Shown here piece after piece: positions 53,448-64,000 of a stretch of 64,000 nucleotides of DNA. The stretch is from the human T2T-CHM13v2.0 reference genome, Homo sapiens: NCBI RefSeq assembly GCF_009914755.1, contig NC_060939.1; one strand, 5' to 3'. Both the position numbers and the translations under genes were made by a program. The notes beneath the pieces are model-generated. The model searched no databases. It was not told the origin of the DNA and saw nothing but the letters and a program-made list of their open reading frames with translations. Positions within the stretch are counted from its first letter, which is position 1. Each line of letters starts with the position of its first letter.

Positions 53448-54039
53448 AAGATTTTCAGTAGAAAATATTTTAATGGTGCTTAACCTCCAAAGAAAGATAC
53501 AACAGGCACTGAATATGCCTCAGATGTAGCAGAGCTCACACCTTGTTATTAAGAGAGTTCATAGAGCATGGAAGACCAACCAACTCCATCTCTCTCTTAT
53601 CCCCTCCTGCAGCACATCACACAACATCATGTGGGATGGGGTTAGGGAGGCCTTTAAATGCATCAATATATTAAAAAGCATATATAAGTTATTCTCCTTT
53701 GGGTTAAATGGAATTTGTTTGCTTGGATTTTCTTCACCTTACTTTATTGAGTTTTAATTAAATATAGCTGTGACCATAGACTAATGGACAATAAGATGTG
53801 GCAGGGGGTTAGCGGTTACTAATCTGATCTCTCACCTGATAAGAAAACCTTTCTATATCTAGTAGATCTGGGGCATCTTTGGGTGAACTATAAAAAGGTA
53901 CCTCTTCCTCTGGGTAACCAATGCCAGGATACATGATGTAGTTACTGCAGCACTGGCTGGATTTCAGCCCCAGTTGCCCCCTTGGCCGGGTGCCCTTGTA
54001 CAATAACTAACCTATACAACTGTACAGTCCTAATCTCAG

Positions 54040-54360
54040 GGCTATGGTTTTCTAGCCTCCACGTGCATGACAGAGAGCTCACCACCTCATACAGGTAGTC
54101 CCATTCACCTTTGAACAGTTTTGTGGCAAGTTCTTAATAATAAGTAAGGTCTCCTAGGTAACTTCTAGTGTGCAACTTCTACCCACTGACCCTAGCTCTG
54201 CTTTCCGAAGGATAAGAGATCAACTCCACCCAGGCTTCTACATGATTGCTTTTCAGATATTTGATACTATCCTATCCCATGTCTTCCAAGTCTTCCCTTC
54301 CCCAGGCCGAATATCTAATTCTTATGACTGGATCATCATATGACTTCTTTCTAGATTTTA
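54040..54360 (-). mobile_element. CR1/L3 fragment
   Basis: tgacagagagctcaccacctcatacaggtagtcccattc...ctagctctgc resembles antisense L3. Confidence 0.5.
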
Positions 54361-54361
54361 G

Positions 54362-54678
<317 letters not shown>

Positions 54679-54725
54679 GATTTTGGTTAATATCCTAGTT
54701 ACTTTCTTGTTTGCTAATGCTAATG

Positions 54726-55106
<381 letters not shown>

Positions 55107-57871
55107 TAATCTAAATGCTATATTTTCCTTAATACAACCCAAACCTCTATTTGGTTTTAGAGAAACTTATATACCATTGGCTTATATCCAATTTGCGGAT
55201 ATCTAGAATGCCATTTCAAACATTCTCCTACTAAGTCAGGCCTCCTCAATCTTCTACTTGTACAGTTTAACTGCTGGAACTAGATGCAGGATTTAGGCCT
55301 AGTAAATTTCTTCTTGTTGATTTTAGCCCACTGTTTCAGTATGTTAGGATCCCATTGAACATATCAAATTAACTTTTTTTTTTTTTTGAGGTTACTCCAA
55401 AAGGGATCAGCTTGATCTTGAAGTTACTCTACTGGGTGGAGACAAAGAGGCACTTTCAATGCAGAGTGCTAAGTGGAACAGTTGGAATCAGCAGTAGGGT
55501 GCTATGAAAGCACACAAGATGGTCCTCTAGTGAAAGTGAGAGGCAAGGAAGAAAACTTTCCCATGAGAATAAAAATCTCAGGTGACTCCTTAAGGGTGAA
55601 TGAGAGTTTGCCAAATGAAAAGGGTCATGGAAAGCAATCTAGGAGGTGAACAGCTTGAGCAAGGATTTGGGATTACAGAAATTTCTGAATGCCAATATCT
55701 TTTAGTGTCTTTCCCTTTTTGGACTCCTATCCAGTTGTCCAGAAATTATGTGCTGCAGGTGCTCATTTAATTCTCTACTTATACTCTTCCTGGACAAGTT
55801 TCTATAGGTTAAGGCTGCTTGCTTTTTATGCCTTAGGATGGTCCCATTCCCGCATCTACCTTCCCTTTTCTTTCTTTGAGAAAGCATTGGAGTTAGTTAA
55901 CTCCTACCTATACTCTGGCTTCTGTAAGCTTTTCTAAGAGAGGGCGGTGCCTTATCCATTTTGGTGATTCTGGTTCCTGACACAGTGCTTGGCACACCAT
56001 AGGTATTTGACAAATGTTTAAAGTGTTGAAAAGCAAAATAACTATTCACAAATTCTAATATGCATAAACAATATTCTGAAAGATACAACCAGATTCATGT
56101 AGCTCTCTGACTTAGACATCACAGGAAGCCTACTTTGTAGCCAACAGAAATCAAAGGCTTCCTTTTTAATAAAAATGAAACAAAAATTTTTCAAGAATTT
56201 GTTACATGCAGATCCTTTTAATTGTTCAAAGCAGGTTCACAGAACACTGACTGGGGCTCTTGTGGCTTCTGACAATCATCTCCCAGAGTTGTTGAGCAAT
56301 TTGCCAAGTTGCCTGTTGGCTCAAAGGTGAGAACCCCAGGCTACCTAAGCTCTGCCCAGTGATGCGGAATTGTCTCTCTCTTCTAATGTGCTCAGCTGGA
56401 ACAGAATCGCAGAATGTCCAGAGCAGTGAACCATGAGGAATGAGAGCAGATTAGCTTAGCAAAAAGATAAACTAGGCATCGCCCAAGGGACATTGACAAG
56501 TGAGGTGACCTCATGCTTTGCTCTCAAATCAGAGTTCTCAAAAGTCATCTAAGCTAGAATATGCCAGGGAATACCAGAGCTTCCTATTGGCAGAAAGTAG
56601 GAGAGATAAAACTAACAAGGAATGAAAGATGTAAAGAGGTATTTGCCTCAATATCTAAATTACTATTTCAGAATTCAAGAGCCAAAAAAGAGAAACATCT
56701 CCACTATCAATAAAACAAACAAACACAAAATAGACGAAACATAAGAGACCATAAGATCACCCAGCAGAGATATTCTTGGCAAATAAAATGCCGGGCCAAT
56801 ATAAAAGCAATAGAGAAGAGGAAACCTGAAGGGCCAATAAACACTTGAAAGATGCTGGATTTCACTGGTCGTCAGCAGTGAAACCACAATGAGACACCAC
56901 TTTACACACAAGTGATTAGCAAATATTTAAAACTCTAACAACTCAAGGAAAACAATAAGACGTTGCTGAGAGAAATGAAAGAAAACCTAAACAGAGGGAT
57001 ATATCATGTTTATAGGTTTCAAGATTCAAAATTGTTAACATGTCCATTCTCCCCAAATTGGTCTATAGAGTCAATGCAATCTCAATTAAAATCCCAGGAG
57101 GCTTTTTTTGTAGAAACTAGCAAATGAATTCTAAAATTCATGTGGCAATAAAAGGATCTAGAATATGCAAAACAAGTTTGCAAAAGAAGAACAAATTTGG
57201 AGGACTAATATGATCTAGATTCAAGATATTATAAAGCTACAATAACCAAGACAGTGTGGTACTGACACAAAGAAAGACAAATAGATCAACAGAACAGAAT
57301 AAAGAGCCTATAAATAGACCCACACATGTTCATTTTCAACAAGGTGTAAAAGGGAATTCAGCAGAGAAAGGAAAGCCTTTTAAAGAAGTGGTGCTGGAAC
57401 AGCGGGATATCTATGTGCTAAAAAAAAAAAAAGGGAGAGGGAGACTTCAATTCATACCTTGTTCCATATATTAAAAAAAAAAAAACTTAAAGTGGATCAT
57501 AGACCAAAATGTACAACATAAAACAATAAAATTTATAGAAGAAAACATTTGTAACCTTGGATTAGGCAAATACTTCTTAAATATAACACCAAAAACACAA
57601 CCCATAAAAAACAAATAAATGTCTACTCATAAAATAAATGGATATATTAGTCTTTATCAAAATTTAAAACTGCTTTTCAAAAGAAACTGTTGAGAGAACG
57701 ACATGACATGCCAAGAACTAGGAGAAAATCTTTGCAAAGCATTTATCTGATGAAGGACTTGCATGTAGAATAAAAAGAACCCTCAACATTCCATAAAAAA
57801 ACAAGCAACGCAATTTTTTTAAAAAGGCAAAAGATTTGAACAGACACTTTAACAAAGATATATATGGATGG

Positions 57872-58721
<850 letters not shown>

Positions 58722-58734
58722 TTCCCACCTCTTT

Positions 58735-59222
58735 GTATTATTATCATTTAGGAATAGGGATGTAGGTTCTCTTTGACTACTTCCTGCTCACTGGGGGTGG
58801 TGCATGGGGGAGGTGGCCTTCCTCTGGTGATGAGGTCATTCATTGTTGCTATAGCAGGAATGCCTCCTTGATGTGTTCCGTTATGGTGGTCTGAGCAACT
58901 GAGGTTACTCTTTCTAAAATAAACTTTTGAAAAAAATTTCATCAAGCAGGGTAAAAACATTAATATTAAGCAGATGACAATGAAAGGACCAATTAAAGGG
59001 AGTGCCCAATGGAGGAAATAACTGAAAAAGTCAGCAGGTTGTTTGGGCAGGCGTTCTGCAATTTTTCTGTTTGGATATTCCTTCTTTTACCAATCTAGAT
59101 TTATTTGTAAAGAAACAGCATTTTCTTGCAGGAAGAGAAATAGGCCTCCCTCTTCTACAGTGAGGATATCTAGTCCCCTGCGATTTTGGAGTACTAACTG
59201 TTGCTAGGGAGTTTATCTGGTC
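58735..59222 (-). pseudogene. Retroviral env transmembrane-subunit remnant (gamma-type)
   Basis: With two frameshifts corrected it reads [41 protein letters not shown]. Immunosuppressive domain [10 protein letters not shown] at 59162-59191; CX6CC decayed; hydrophobic anchor WALPLIGPFIVICLILMFLPCL downstream. Confidence 0.9.
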
Positions 59223-59546
59223 AGCAAAGGTCAACCTCGCCCATACCTTTAACAGACAGTAACAACCCTGACTACAACAAAGACTGACTGGCCTTTACCA
59301 CATCCTTCCCCTGCCCCCTACAGTTTCAACCTGCCAGCATATCCCCAACCCCTCCCCATAGAAACTTTATTATAAAAACTTTATTATAAAAACCTCCCTA
59401 TAGAAACTTTATTATAAAAAAATAAATCAGGGTCTCAGCCAGATTCCTGACCGGGACCGCTTGCAGGCTTATTCTTGTAAATAAACCTGTTTGGCCGTTG
59501 AGTTGCCTTCTCTCTCACTTCCTTCCTTTTAAAAATCTTCCTAACA
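59223..59546 (+). mobile_element. Second copy of the same LTR, plus strand, lacking the first ~80 nt of U3
   Basis: Reverse complement of 57872-58639 (without the Alu); AATAAA near 59480; ends cctaaca. Confidence 0.9.
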
Positions 59547-59915
59547 GCTGGCAAATAAGCAGATGAGAAGCAGCTCAATATCATTAGTCATTAGCAAAAT
59601 ACAAATGAGATACCACCACAAATACATACCATTACAAACACAAAAGAGATACAGCTACTGGAATGGCTAAAGTGAAAAAGACTGACCCTACCAAGTGTTG
59701 GCAAGCATTTGTGCAGGTACTAGAACTCTCATACATTGCTGGTGAGAATGTAAACATCATAATAATGGTTACTAATCAGGGAAAGAAGGGACTGCGATTG
59801 AGTTGGGGTACCTGGGCAGGGCTTCTAGAGTAGGTGGCAATGTTCTATTTCATGATCGAGGTGATGTTCACTTTATAATGATTAAGACGTACATTTGGTT
59901 AACATGATTTTCTGA

Positions 59916-60236
<321 letters not shown>

Positions 60237-60412
60237 TAGCCTTTACTCTGTTGGATAAATATAGATTTTTGCATGTTAAGTTTGCTTAAAGGAAGATGGA
60301 ATTCTACTGGCAAAATACTGTCTCCTAAATCTCCAGTAAGTAAGCTTGTACTTTTGAGGACAACGCTATTTTTGGCAATGTAGAAAATGCTTATAGAAAG
60401 GGTTCAATTTGT

Positions 60413-60707
60413 GGCTGGGCACAGTGGCTCATGTCTTTAATCTCAGCACTTTGGGAGGCCGAGGCGGGCTGATCACCTGAGGCCAGCAGTTCAAGACCAG
60501 CCTGGCCAACATGGCAAAACCCCATCTCTACCAAAAAAATACAAAATTAGCCAAGCGTCATGGCAGGTGCCTGTATCCCAGCTACTCAGGAGGCTGAGGC
60601 AGAACTGCTTGAACCTGGGAGGTGGAGATTACAGTGAGCGGAGATCACGCCATTGCACTCCAGCCTGGGCTATAAGAGTGAAACTCTGTCTCAAAAAAAA
60701 AAAAAAA
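60413..60707 (+). mobile_element. Alu (AluS)
   Basis: TSD aaagggttcaatttg. Confidence 0.95.
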
Positions 60708-62202
60708 GGGTTCAATTTGCTTCCCACAGCATGTTCGTCCACCTCCTATACCTCCACACTCTTATAGGCAGATATTGATCCATGGTTATTCAGATGCAAG
60801 GAAAGGCCACTAGAGTCCATTGTTGAGGCAAGGGACTGGGACTTGAACTCGGTCTTATAAGGCTTAAAAGTGGCAGTCTTTTCTGAGATTCAAAATATGT
60901 TATTCCTCATGAATTGGATGAGGGTCATGGAGGAAGGCCATTTGGAAATAACACATACATTACTGACCAAAAAGAAACATAGATAGCAATACACAAAACT
61001 ATTGGATGATTTCTTTCTCTCCAGTTCAAAAGTCCAAATGAATTGTCATCAGGCATTAGTGGAGATACTCTGAATATTTTTATATATTTTCTGTTTCATA
61101 AAGAATTTCCAGAATGATTGTGCTTTACTTTTACCCACTGTTCTTCACAAATGATAGAAAAGCCTGGGAAGTGTCCCTGAATGGTTAAATAATGAGATAA
61201 AGCAGAATGTTTCTTACTTAAAAAAAATTAAAGAAGAAGCAACATAGAAGTCGGGCGATGCTGTGAAAATAAAGACTTGAAGAACAAAACCAACTCTAAT
61301 TGGAGAACAGAGTATTTAAGGTAAAGGAACCAAGACATATTAGATTGTAGTTGAATTCCAAGACCAATGTGCTGCTCAGAATCCTAGATGTTCCATTTGA
61401 ATTCCTCCTGTTTTTGCTTCGAAATACTAGTCTATAAATCTAATTGATTGTAAGTGTGATTTCCCTAGATGCTTGTTTACTCGTTTAATGTAGTATTATG
61501 TTGCTTTTAATAAGGTATTCAGGCCCTATAAAGTATGCTTCCAAAAAAATCAAAAGCTACACTTGAGTGCTTCTCTAATAAAATCTACCTCTGCTTAAAT
61601 ATAGGTAGAACCTCAACTATGCCAGCTTTTCTAATAGGGGACTGTCCCACTCCTGCAGAAGTCCTTCAGTAACTGAGAATGCTGGTGGGGTGTGGGGAGA
61701 TATCCTTAACATCATTGCTATTAGAAAGTTAGTACTAGGGAAAATAACTCAGCATTTCTAACACAATATCCTCCATTAAGCCTTCAAACAAACATTTCCT
61801 TATTTACCTCCTAAAGTCTTTTCTGCTACCATTTAAGTCATTTGATCTTTAGATGCTTTCTTGCCTCTGATTTTAATGAGAAGCTGGCCCTTGGTTCTCT
61901 TTCAATACTCCCTGGCTTGTGGTGCTAGATCTTTCTACTCTTGACACCATTCTTGTCTCTTGACAATTTTCCCTCAATTGAAAGATATGAAACTGAGTAT
62001 CACTGAAAATTTAAATACCCAAACCACACATCTGAAATCTGATTTTTTTTATCTTAAAGCTGGTCCCAGTTGGAGGTAGCCTAGGAGACCGAAAATACAT
62101 GTTATTTAATGAAGGAGAATATTTCAGTAAAGTTAAAGCTGGGCTTATTTTGGCCAGACACAGTGGGTTGTGGGTGCTGCTCATTTTTGTGTATTCATTA
62201 TA

Positions 62203-64000
<1,798 letters not shown>

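Overview
Primate (very probably human) genomic DNA lying inside the minus-strand gene FRMD5 (FERM domain-containing 5). Three coding exons with canonical GT-AG sites (5563-5667, 1125-1167, 817-895) splice in frame to [76 protein letters not shown]. The remaining ~58 kb (5668-64000) is the 3' part of a very long upstream intron filled with retro- and DNA-transposon relics: about 40 Alus, a 3.2-kb L1PA4-like copy, MER41-like, MLT1, MST and LTR16-like LTRs, MER5A, Tigger2, L2, MIR and CR1. Almost all ORFs in the supplied track are Alu, L1 or microsatellite artefacts. I see no new multi-gene system. The most unusual structure is an endogenous-retrovirus insertion at 57872-59546. Its two LTRs are INVERTED with both U5 ends facing outward, it encloses an env immunosuppressive-domain remnant, and it is flanked by a 5-bp target-site duplication (TSD). 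Other notable items are a tailless retrocopy of a 5' tRNA-Val(CAC) half with a 14-bp TSD, and two L1s carrying short 3' transductions. Repeat family names are from memory of consensus sequences. Repeat boundaries without a stated TSD are approximate.
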